A DNA stretch of 64,000 bases from Prorocentrum cordatum (Eukaryota), in NCBI GenBank assembly GCA_963575745.1, contig CAUYUJ010000003.1, positions 1,240,001 to 1,304,000 on the forward strand, in the 5' to 3' direction. Every line of letters begins with the position of its first letter. Positions within the stretch are counted from its first letter, which is position 1. The position numbers and the translations under genes were made by a program. The notes below the pieces were generated by a model. The model did not search any database. It was not told where the DNA came from and saw only the letters and a list, made by a program, of their open reading frames with translations. Positions 27,716 through 39,400 of the stretch are shown piece after piece.

Positions 27716-30327
27716 ATCCACGTCCGGAAGTGACGTGTTGCCCGAGGCAGGTCGCGCAGCGGAGCGGAAACCCTAATGCAACGTATCCTATGTTTCCAAT
27801 GATTGCATTATTATTTGGTATTGCATTGTCTTATATTATTACGTCTCCCCCCCTAACCCCCCCGCCCCAGGCCACGCCACACCCACCGACCCAAAGGTCG
27901 TGGACCCCTCCTGGGCTTCAGCACCAACATAAACCTACGGGAAACCGATGATTCGGACCCCTTGGGCATCTTGGGGGTCTACGACGACGTCAAGACGGCT
28001 CAAGATGGCCCCAAGACGGGCCAAGACGGCCCCAAGACGGCCCAAGATGGCCCCAAGATGGCCCAAGAAGCCCCCAAGACGGCCCAAGAGGGCGCCAAAA
28101 CGCCCACAAGAGCGCCTCCAGCGGCCACAAAGTTTGACTCTCCTATAGGTTTTGAACGATTTTAGCGTTCTCGCCTTTTTCGGCTCTGACAAGCCCATGA
28201 CGGCCCAAGCAGCCTCCAAAATGGCCCCACAAAGACTCGAGAAGCACCCAATGGGGGCCCCAAGACGCCCTCAGAGGGCCCCAAGACGGCCAAAAGAGGC
28301 CCCTAAAACGGTCCAAGAGGCCCCCAAGACGGCCAACGAGGACCCCAACAGAGCCCCAAGGCGGCCGCGAGGGGCCTCCAAGATGGCCTCCGAAGGGGCC
28401 AGACGGCGTAAGAGCGCCTCACGACGGCCCAAAAGGTCCCCAGGAGGCCCCAAGAGGCCCCAAAGAAGCCCCAAAGAGGCCCCAAGAGGACCCCAAGAGG
28501 CTCCCAAGAGGCGCCCAAAGCTGCCACGAGGCACAAGAACGACTGGACTGTACGTGCTCCGGACGTGCACCCCGCGAAGCGAGAGGAATCCACGTCCGGA
28601 AGTGACGTGTTGCCGGAGGCAGGTCGCGCAGCGGAGCCGAAGCCCTAATGCAACGTATCCTATGTATCCAATGATTGCATAATTGCTTGGTATTGCATTG
28701 CATTATATTATTATGTCTCCCCCCCTAACCCCCCCGCCCCAGGCCACGCCACATCCACCGACCCAAAGGTCGTGGACCCCTCCTGGGCTTCAACACCAAC
28801 ATAAACCTACGGGAAACCGATGATTCGGACCCCTTGGGCATCTTGGGGGTCTACGACGACGTCAAGACGGCTCAAGATGGCCCCAAGACGGGCCAAGACG
28901 GCCCCAAGACGGCCCAAGATGGCCCCAAGATGGCCCAAGAAGCCCCCAAGACGGCCCAAGAGGGCGCCAAAAACGCCCACAAGAGCGCCTCCAGCGGCCA
29001 CAAAGTTTGACTCTCCTATAGGTTTTGAACGATTTTAGCGTTCTCGCCTTTTTCGGCTCTGACAAGCCCATGACGGCCCAAGCAGCCTCCAAAATGGCCC
29101 CACAAAGACTCGAGAAGCACCCAATGGGGGCCCCAAGACGCCCTCAGAGGGCCCCAAGACGGCCAAAAGAGGCCCCCAAGACGGTCCAAGAGGCCCCCAA
29201 GACGGCCAACGAGGACCCCAACAGAGCCCCAAGGCGGCCGCGAGGGGCCTCCAAGATGGCCTCCGAAGGGGCCAGACGGCGTAAGAGCGCCTCACGACGG
29301 CCCAAAAGGTCCCCAGGAGGCCCCAAGAGGCCCCAAAGAAGCCCCAAAGAGGCCCCAAGAGGACCCCAAGAGGCTCCCAAGAGGCGCCCAAAGCTGCCAC
29401 GAGGCACAAGAACGACTGGACTGTACGTGCTCCGGACGTGCACCCCGCGAAGCGAGAGGAATCCACGTCCGGAAGTGACGTGTTGCCGGAGGCAGGTCGC
29501 GCAGCGGAGCGGAAGCCCTAATGCAACGTATCCTATGTATCCAATGATTGCATAATTGCTTGGTATTGCATTGCATTATATTATTATGTCTCCCCCCCTA
29601 ACCCCCCCGCCCCAGGCCACGCCACATCCACCGACCCAAAGGTCGTGGACCCCTCCTGGGCTTCAACACCAACATAAACCTACGGGAAACCGATGATTCG
29701 GACCCCTTGGGCATCTTGGGGGTCTACGACGACGTCAAGACGGCTCAAGATGGCCCCAAGACGGGCCAAGACGGTCCCAAGACGGCCCAAGATGGCCCCA
29801 AGATGGCCCAAGAAGCCCCCAAGACGGCCCAAGAGGGCGCCAAAAACGCCCACAAGAGCGCCTCCAGCGGCCACAAAGTTTGACTCTCCTATAGGTTTTG
29901 AACGATTTTAGCGTTCTCGCCTTTTTCGGCTCTGACAAACGGCCCAAGCAGCCTCCAAAATGGCCCCACAAAGACTCGAGAAGCACCCAATGGGGGCCCC
30001 AAGACGCCCTCAGAGGGCCCCAAGACGGCAAAAAGACGCCCCCAAAACGGTCCAAGAGGCCCCCAAGACGGCCAACGAGGACCCCAACAGAGCCCCAAGG
30101 CGGCCGCGAGGGGCCTCCAATATTGCCTCCGAAGGGGCCAGACGGCGTAAGAGCGCCTCACTACGGCCCAAAAGGTCCCCAGGAGGCCCCAAGAGGCCTC
30201 AAAGAAGCCCCAAAGAGGCCCCAAGAGGACCCCAAGAGGCTCCCAAGAGGCGCCCAAAGCTGCCACGAGGCACAAGAACGACTGGACTGTACGTGCTCCG
30301 GACGTGCACCCCGCGAAGCGAGAGGAA
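27716..30327. repeat. Three near-identical ~873-bp tandem units with ccccaagacgg subrepeats
   Basis: atccacgtccggaagtgacgtgttgcc at 27716, 28588 and 29461; near-identical ORF-track translations offset by 873. Confidence 0.95.
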
Positions 30328-30499
30328 TCGTGTGCGCACGCCCTTGCATCCTGCCAACCAGAACTAAAAACTCTCGAATCGCAGCCGCTGGCGATGCTTA
30401 CTTGCAAAACCACAACGCACATTGACGACGCGAGGAAAGGCGAATGCATGGGGACGAATGTGGTGCAAAGGTGAGATGGAAGAAGACAAGAATGGATAC

Positions 30500-30590
30500 C
30501 ATCACGCATCGGTGAATGTCCAAGCCGTTCCACTCTGCAACACGCCGCGCATACTCCGGGTTGGGCTTCCCGAGGCTGACCGCGCGTGTG
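30500..30590 (-). CDS. PGP: PGP exon 10 (AVSLGKPNPEY...RCVM)
   Basis: GKP motif and the xxMV lead-in to GDRLDTD; donor ATG|gtatcc. The 5' boundary is ambiguous (30590, 30582 or 30575). Confidence 0.87.
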
Positions 30591-33375
30591 CCCAGAGGAC
30601 CGATGCGTCCCTTCCTGGCGGGGGAGGAGCAGACGTGGGAGCAGGGGGGGAAGAGGAGGGGGAGGAAACATAGCCACAACGACCCGAGCGCGTCAGCTCC
30701 CCTGCGACCGCCCGCCCTTAACTCACCTTACCGCCAGCACACGGCTGGCTGTCCGCTCCGTCCCTCGTGCAGCGCATGATCCGTCCACTACCACAGAAAC
30801 CAACGTCCAGAGCCAACAAAGAACTCACATTATGCCTCTGTGGGTAAGCTTGCACTGATAAGATAAGGCGTCATACTCCAGTCTTCCCGCATGGCAGACC
30901 CGAACTGGATCGACCTGCGACATCGGATCGGATCGGAAACGGAAGGGATCGCCGACCAGTCGTCCCCAATTGGACCACCGCGCCTGGCTCTGGCAGGCCA
31001 TGGCCGATGCCAGCGAATCGAACCGAATCGAATCGAGTTGGAATCGCAGCCCCAGCCAGCGAATCGAATCACATCGAATCGGATTGCAGGCGGCCCTGGC
31101 TCGTCCCCAGGGCAAGCGTACCCGTCGGTCGGAAGAAGTGGGTGGAAACACGAAGTAGAAAAGCGCTGGAAGTAGATTGGGCTTCCGCCCGCACCCCGAA
31201 GAGGAGGGAAGAGGGAAAACCAATCGACTCTTGAAGTAGGAAGGCGCCCAGAGCAGATTAGGACCTGGGAATCCAAAAATACCTACTTTCAACGACTGGC
31301 ATGTTGATCCCCAGACCCATGGGGCCGCCGTCCCGAGCGAGCAGCTCGATCTTTTGCCCACCCCTCGCGCGTGCTCTGGGGCCCGACCCCCCGTCACCGA
31401 GAGGCCGAGGCGGTGCGGCGCGTGCCTCACAGCCAAGGATGCACGAAGCCAGGGACACACAAATAAACAGACACAAATCCCGGGATTCCCCTACATGTTT
31501 CCACATGTTCTGGAGTTTCGTCTTCCCCCCCCACTACCCCGTATTTTCCTGTATGTTCCTGGGGGTCGACGTTGATGTGTATCTCCGTGTTATGTCCCTC
31601 CTAAAACAGTTCTGCAAAAGAGCGCGCGCGTTGCCGTGCACGGTATGCTCATGTCGTGACGACCTGCTCGGTGGCCTCCGACAACGCGTGGATCGCTAAA
31701 CCTTGATCGATCGCGGCTTCCCGATAGCGCGGATCGTTCGATTATTGGCCGACCCTGGGCTACTGTCGGTGATCAATCTTGAACGCCCGCGTTGGGGTCA
31801 GCGCGGTTTCGACACGAAACCAACCTGTCGTAAAACGCCTGTTCCCCGGAGTCCTCCCTCGAGAACGTTGTCTTCCTCGCACGCGTCTATTGATCACTAT
31901 CAACCCGCCACCGTACCCCCTGACACTTTGAGGCTTAGTAGACTACAAAGTGGTTGGGAAAGCTCGTGAGGGCCTCCCCCATCTCATCACAAAGTGCCGT
32001 GTGCATACCTCAGCTTCTCCCGAGGATTCCTGGGCGCAAGGACGCATCCCTGGGGCCCTCCAAGACTCTCGAAGGCTGCCAGGACGGCCTCGGAAGGCCG
32101 CCAAGATAGCCTATAATTGCCTCAAGACGCACTCAAGAGCCCATAAGAAGCACCCGACAGACCCCTACGAGAGTCCCCACGACACCCCCAAGAGACTCTC
32201 CAGAAGACCCTCGAGAGGCCCAAACATTGATTTCCCCAATGTGTTTCAATGTGTTTCGCCTTCCACGCTCTTCCAGCGACGATCGGTTCACTTGCGGCCT
32301 TCGAAGCCACTGAGAGCCCCAAGACGGCCCCAAGAGGAGCCCCAGATGGCCGAAAAATGCCGAGGACGGCAGGAGGGTCCGAAGACGGCCCACGAGGGTC
32401 GCAAAGGGTACCCAAGACTGCTCCACCAGCCTCAAGACGGCCCCAATCAAACCCGTGAGCTCTCCAGCCTCAAAAAGTGGAGATGAGAGGCGTTACATAT
32501 GAAAGCCTTCTCGAAAGGCCACCACACAGAGCAATTCGCTCGCAAGGTGGCCGGTTTGCCGCAGGCAGCTGGATATTCTTCTTGCAAGGCGAATTCCCAA
32601 AACTGCTCCACCCTTACGGAAACTTTGGCAGGCCGCAAACGGAGGCCCCAAAGCAGACCAGCCCACATCACGCCACCCTGCACCTTCCTGCCCGAGGTGG
32701 TGGGGATGCCCAGTCCTGTGCGCTGCGCATGCGTCACATGCAGCCTTGCGGGTGGTAAGAAACATAACAACAATCGTACCTCGATCAACCGCAACACTGT
32801 CGCAAATGAGGCAGTGAACACGATTGATACTTGAAGCTGTTGGTTTTCCTAGTCATTGTGCGCGTCAACACATCCCCAGACACACGCACCCACCCACCCA
32901 CCTACTCAGCTACTCACCCACCCACCCACACACGCTCAGCTGACTCCAAACCGCAAAAGCAACGCAACGGGCCAAGTTTGCTTCGAATTGACTTCCTTAT
33001 GAAGACGTGCAGCAATCGAGGCAAGACACACGCGCACGCACAGACTCGTTCCTCCGACACGCCGCTGAGTTGAAAACGACAGAAGCATTTTAAAGGGACA
33101 TGTTTACCACGAGTTAGCTTTCTTGTGAAGCAGGCCGGTAGTCTGCCCCCCCCCCCCACACGCGCACTGGTTCCTCCTCTGGCGCTGTGTGTCACGAACG
33201 CGTGGCACGCTGACCCGATGTTCATGTCAGATGATCTCTCACACACGCACACCACAACAGCAAAAAAAAAGCGCGCACACACACAGACGCGCACACACAC
33301 ACACACTTGAGCGTCGCGGCCTCGTACGCAGCGTAGCGGCGTACAAGGTCCGAGAGCTAGAAGCGAGGCACGTAG

Positions 33376-33411
<36 letters not shown>

Positions 33412-36400
33412 TTCGCACACACAAAGACACACACGCACATACATGCGCACCTTGTCCACGAGGGGCGGAAGCGATGCAAAGGCGAGGGCATCCATCTGTA
33501 ATTGATCGTCATGACGATGTCGCAAGGCTGAAACACACTGCGAGGGGAGCGAGAGCGCACTGGATCCCCATGGGCACACTAGAGCGAGGGAAGAGAGAGG
33601 GCCAGAGAGAAGATGAAGCGAGGAGAGAAGCAGGAAACACATCTGACTGTTCCAGCGCGACTTATGTTTGCTGCGTTTGCTCCCTCAACCTCCCCTCTCC
33701 TCTCCCTCCTCCTTTTCCGAGTCGGGGCCCATTGCAAATATTTGACTCCCTTGCCCTTACCCGTACAAGACGCTCAACGGCCTCCGTGGACAGAATATCG
33801 GCCACACTGCCGGGATACATTCCGTTCACGTTCTTTGCGCTTTCATTCCCCTCAGCTTGCCTCCGTCTTCTCCCAGGAGCAAGAAGCGCGAAATGAGACT
33901 AGAGAGAGAAGAGGGGAGGAGGGAGACGAAGGAAAAAAAAGGAGAGGAGCAACAAGTGCTCGGACCGTTAGAACGGTTATGAGCACACATGCAAGCAGAA
34001 GCCGAAGCAGGGCAACGATGGCAACCACTCTGCAGGGAAGCACCCGGAGAAGGTCGAACACACTAGAACAAGAAGCGGGCCAAGCCTCGATCGCGGGTAA
34101 CAAGCAGCCGTTCCCAGGGAGTAGACAGTCGCCCACCCTGGGCGGAGCGGGCCGCAGGGAGCAAAACTGCAGTGGCTGCGGTTGCGATGACAGGGCGACG
34201 ACATTGACCACGAGCATGACTGCGACGATGACTGCGGTCCTGACCAAGGAGAAAGCGCGGTTCACGGGCGCTTGGGTGCGAGGCAGTCCTCGACACGCCG
34301 AAATTCGCCCCCCCAACCCCCCCAAACATCCCAAGCGCCCAGCGCACCAGAACCTCCACCAGCCTCCCCACACCCCGACACGTCGATGCCGATAATGATG
34401 AAGTTGTGCTAGGGGAATTAAGCGGCGATGCCACCTGTTCGTCCATCTGAGCTCGGCACCTGAGCGCCTGTCACCCACGCTCTCGGTCGCCAATCCATCG
34501 ACCGATTCTGGGCCGCCGCTGGCGCTCAACGTGGAACGCTGGCGGCGGGGTCACCGCCGATCGACACGACGCGAACGTGCCGTACACCATCGTGGGGCCC
34601 AGGACAGGGCTCGCGCTTAACAGTGTTCTCGTTCGGTCTTCGCTCTCCTTCGATCTGTCCTCGTTCCACCTTTTTGCTGCAAAGCCAAAGATCAGAACGA
34701 GAGCGGTCCGCGAGATCGGGCCCAGAATGGCCACGGCCAGGCGCGGTGGTGGCAGATGGAATGCCTCCAGCGGATCTGTACAATCGGACCTAGGCCAGAA
34801 GAGCATAAGACAAAGCCAGGACGAGGATTACATCGGGTGAGGATACGTCGTGATACTTCGAGAATCTCTGAAATCTGGCGGATCTGAAGGATGTCTTGGG
34901 CGCCGCGGTCTTCTCAGAACGTTCTGGAACGTTCTCAGGCGTTATGGAGTGCTCTGAACGGATTGATCCTCGTTCTAGCCCCGTCCGGGTGATAGCGTGA
35001 TGGCAAGATGGACTCAACAGGGTCAAGAGAACGGACACGTACTCCCATGCCAAGCGCTGTAATATTCTGCTTTTCGCACGGGCATTTGTACACTGTGACT
35101 GACGGAAGCGCGAGTTCTCTGAGCGGCCGCGCATGAATCAGGGCCCTCCTGATCCGTCGTGTCCATTACATCCGAAGTTGTCTGGTTTCCCGAAACAATA
35201 CGACGCCCAAATCCCCGCTCTTCGCTACCGCGCCGATGGTCATCCGAGAGAACATCATCCATTCACACCCGAACTCCGTCAAACAGATGCAAACGTACAG
35301 CGCTACGCGCAATCAGCCGAAGAACATTCGACGGCACTGACGTGCACACGTTTGCCCTTTCGGCGCTCAAAAGTGGCAACAAACCGACTCGGGCACCCGA
35401 AATCGCCCACATATGGTACCTGCACGCCTAGTTGGACGCCCGACATGGGTACCGAAAAAATGGGCACGATGCCCAACAACAAATGTTGTCCCAAACCAAC
35501 AGCGGCCGCTGTTGGGCAGGCGGCCTTCTGTCTCAAATGTGCACAAGCCGCGGCGACACCGACAGCGAGTCTTGTTCAAAATGAACAGGAACCGCTGTTG
35601 GGCATTGTACCCGTTCTTTCCGTACTAATTTCGGGCGTCCAGAGCCTAAGCTGATGCGACTAGCCCCGCTGAGTCCGGGCCTGGTAAATCAACGTGCGAA
35701 ACGCTGTACAAGACTGGACGGAACCTGCACTTGCAACTGGGAAGCCGTGAACGCGGCAGTGTGCCATCCTTTAACGCGTGTGTCATGTTCTCAGCGTTGA
35801 CTGCTGCAACTCACGGGTCGCATGTTCAGCGATTGCCCTCAACCACAAGAGCAGTCGCAGCTGCTGCTGAATCTGAAGAGCGGCCTACCCCAGTGAACCC
35901 AAACCACAAGCGAAACCAGAAGTGAAGGTACGGCGGGTTCGTGTAGTGACGACGTTGGCGCTGGTTTCTGACACCGCGTGGATCTTTCAACGTTTAACGA
36001 TCGCGAACGCGCTGAAGTTACCGCGGCGTCGGCACGGCGCGAGCCCACCGCATTTGAATAGTTAGAGATGTGTGTTCGAAAGATTGTGAACAGCTTCCAG
36101 ACAACTCACTCTGACCACAGCGAGTATTATCAAGTGCGTTTGGCGTTTGTGTCTTTATCTCTCTGCTGTTCTCTTTCTATGTATGTATGTATATATGCAT
36201 ATATATGTATGTCTGTACATGCATGTGTATACTATATGTACTTTATTTATTTATATATACATATATGTGTGCCCCAGCCCGTCCCCCTCTTTTTTGCGGC
36301 TCGGCCAGAGAGCCTTGTTCAGGAGGGAGCGGGGGCCTTAGTGCTACTGGGGGCCCATGGAGACGCCTGAGCATGGAGCCCCCGGGGATCTGAGCATACA

Positions 36401-39400
36401 CACGGCGCCAGCTTCGCCGGCACGACCGTGCTGTCCCGGACCCGGGGGCCCAGGCAGAGACACGGGAGGTGGCCCAAGATGACTACGGAGTCCAAGGACG
36501 GCTGAACCGCTCATACACGGAGGGACATGGGGCATAATCTTCTCCGGGTGATGCCATATGCCCCAACCCGTCCCCCTGTTTTTTGCGGCTCAGCCAGAGA
36601 GCCTTGTTCAGGAGGGAGCGGGGGCCTTAGTGCTACCGGGGGCCCAAAGAGACGCCTGAGAATGGAGCCCCCGGGGGTTTGAGCGTACACATGGCGCCAG
36701 CTTCGCCGGCACGACCGTGTTGTCCCGGACCCGGGGACCTTCAGGACCAATCTCCCGGCCACCAGGGTGCACACTAGGACCACGCTACCCTTCCATGGAC
36801 CCCATTTCTGTCCTGTAAGGACGTTCCCCCCATGCCCTCCCTAGCCTGGATTAAACCTAGCCGCCTACCTGACAAGGGAGGAGGAGGGGAGGGGCATGAG
36901 AGAGTGTCTATAAGGAAAAGTGAGGTAGGTGGAGCGGGAAAAAATAGCGGATCAGGAGCGACGCGAGTGTCCGAGCGCCCCGAACGTCGGCTTCCTGTGG
37001 CTCGCTGAGCTGGCATGCGGCCAGCGCTGCAACTGCATCTCGCACATATACTCGGGCTGACTTGGCAGAGGCCCATCGCCCTTTGAGGAGCGTTTCCTTT
37101 AACGATCCGTGGGCGAGAAAATCAGCTGTGGCCAGCACTCTTCTGAAGGGGTAAAGGGTGACCTTCCTTTCTTCCAGCCCCAGTGCGGCGACAGCCCGCC
37201 TGAAGAGGCGGCCAAAACTCGCCGCGTGTCAGTCCGAGGGGCTTTTCGTCTGGACCGAGCGGTCCGACGTGAGTTTGTGGCAGGCGAGCGGCGGTTGCTG
37301 AACACGCGACCGCCAGCACAGCGCGGCCTCCCCGCAGGCCGGTCTTCGCCCCACGAGGAGCCAGGATAGCGGTGGAGCGCGCGGGGAAAAATCGGACGCC
37401 CTGCCGCTGGAGCCCAGCATCTCGTCCGACTTTCAAAAAGCACGAGTAGCCACGCATGAGGAGCGCAGCCGCGCGGCCGTGGCCCCACTAGTGGACGGCC
37501 CCGGCGATGGCTGCTGCAAACAGGGGCGACCGCGGCAGGGCCCGCTTGTCGGCCCCAGCCACAAACGCGTCTTCTGCAGCTTGCAGCCCAGCTTGGGCTT
37601 GCCACTGAGTGGCGGCGCGACGCAGGCCACGGCTGCCAAACCGCTGACCACCTCCAGCAGTGAGCCGCCTTCGCGCCACACATGCTTGATGCAGGCGGCC
37701 ACGCACTCATAGGCCGCCTGCTGCACCCAGAAGACTAGAAGCCGGCGCGCGGCGAGCATATAGCGCTCGCGGGTGACCCGCGCCAAGCGAGCGTCACCGA
37801 AGGGCTGGGCCTCGCGCCGCCGGCGCGTCGGCTGCTCGCCGCACCAGCGCCTCGCGGCTCACGGAGCAGGCAGCCCCATCAGGCCACGTCGAATTAGCGG
37901 GACGGGACGTCATCAGGGTTCTCGTCTGCATCGATGGGGGCGCACATCGGGTACTTGCCAGAGGCCAGGAGGTCTGCCGCGGGGCCGCGCATCCAGTGCC
38001 AGCGCCGTCGCGCGCTGCACCTCCCCTTTGCTCGGACACTGGCGGCGACCTGCGAACCCAGGAGGTGGAGGTGCCAGAACCGGAACCTCGCGGCGGTCCG
38101 CGACATCCACTTGATGGCGTTGACCGCGGCGCCGACCTCGAGCTCCTTGAGGCGGGCGTCCTCGCGCCACGGGTGGCCGTGTCCAATCGACCGCGTCCAC
38201 AGGTTCGACCGCAACCCTGAGCGGACCAACGCCTTGGCTTCGAATGGCGCTTGCAGATCGAGCCCCACGTCCGCCCCCCCCCGCTGGCGGCCCCCAGGTA
38301 CTCGAGGACCAGCTGCTGCGCGAGGTCCGTATCCAGCGCCCCCGTCGACTCGAAGTCGGGCGCGTGGCCCCAGGACTCTGGGGCTGCGCCGGCGATCAGG
38401 AACGGCAAGATGGGGGGCCCGCCCTGCTGGATTTCTTGAACCAGGAGCTGTGCGAGGACGTGCGCCACGACCTGCACCGAGGAGGAGTTGCCGATGAGCG
38501 ACGACCTGATGACCCCTGTTCCTCGGCTCGGTACAGACTCCTTCACGGCAACACGCACACGGCCCGGGGGGGGGGGAATGGTCTCGCGCTCATCTGCCGA
38601 GGGGATCGGCCACGCAGTGCGCGAGGTGTTTCCACAGCAGTAACTGATCTTCAAAGTAGTACGATGGCGAGACGCACCTGGTCTCCGCCCCCCTCGCGAT
38701 GGCGGCCTCGCTCCCGCCCCTGATATCCGCGCCCGGCGCTGGCGGCGAGGCCTGTTTGCGCAACTTTGCAGCGGTGTGGAGCGCGTGAGATGGACCGAGC
38801 CCGCCCCAGCCGTCCTCGGCCCAGGCAGGGAACTCCCTGGGGGCAACATGCAGCTTCACCTTGTGGCACCTCACCTCCCCGGTGACATCAATCACTCCTG
38901 TGCGCGGCTGCGGGGCACATGACAACCAGCAAAACCTTGGCATCCTAGCCAAGCTTCCGTACATCGCCTCGACCCTGCACGGCTTGGCCCCCGGCTGCCG
39001 CGAAATGGGGAGCGAGTCCTCCGCGTTCACCCCAGCGACTGCCTCAACGAGCTGGCGGGTCTGCCTCGCGCAGAGGGCCAGCTTGACAGCCTCGATGGCG
39101 CGCGGCCCCTCGAAGCGCAGGCTGCTCTTGTCGCCCGCGAGGGCCCTGCTTGGTCGCGCGGAGCCCGCTGAGGTCGGAGCGCGGCGAGCTGGCAGTCGCA
39201 ATGGCGGCGCTGGCGGTCTCGGCGGCTGGGCGCGTGACCTCGGCCTGGCCCTGGGAGCTGAGCTTGTTGATGTCCTCGAGCTCGACCACGCCCGGCCACC
39301 GCTGCCACTCGCGCCGCTTGGCTGCCTCGTCGATCACCGACGACGCGCGCGCAGCCACGCGGCGCGGGCACCGAGGCAGCGCCGCCCAAGCTGCGCCCAC

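Noticed and set aside
32545..32585. YPAACGKP as the PGP GKP exon
   Set aside because: A much better GKPNP...CVM exon exists at 30500-30590
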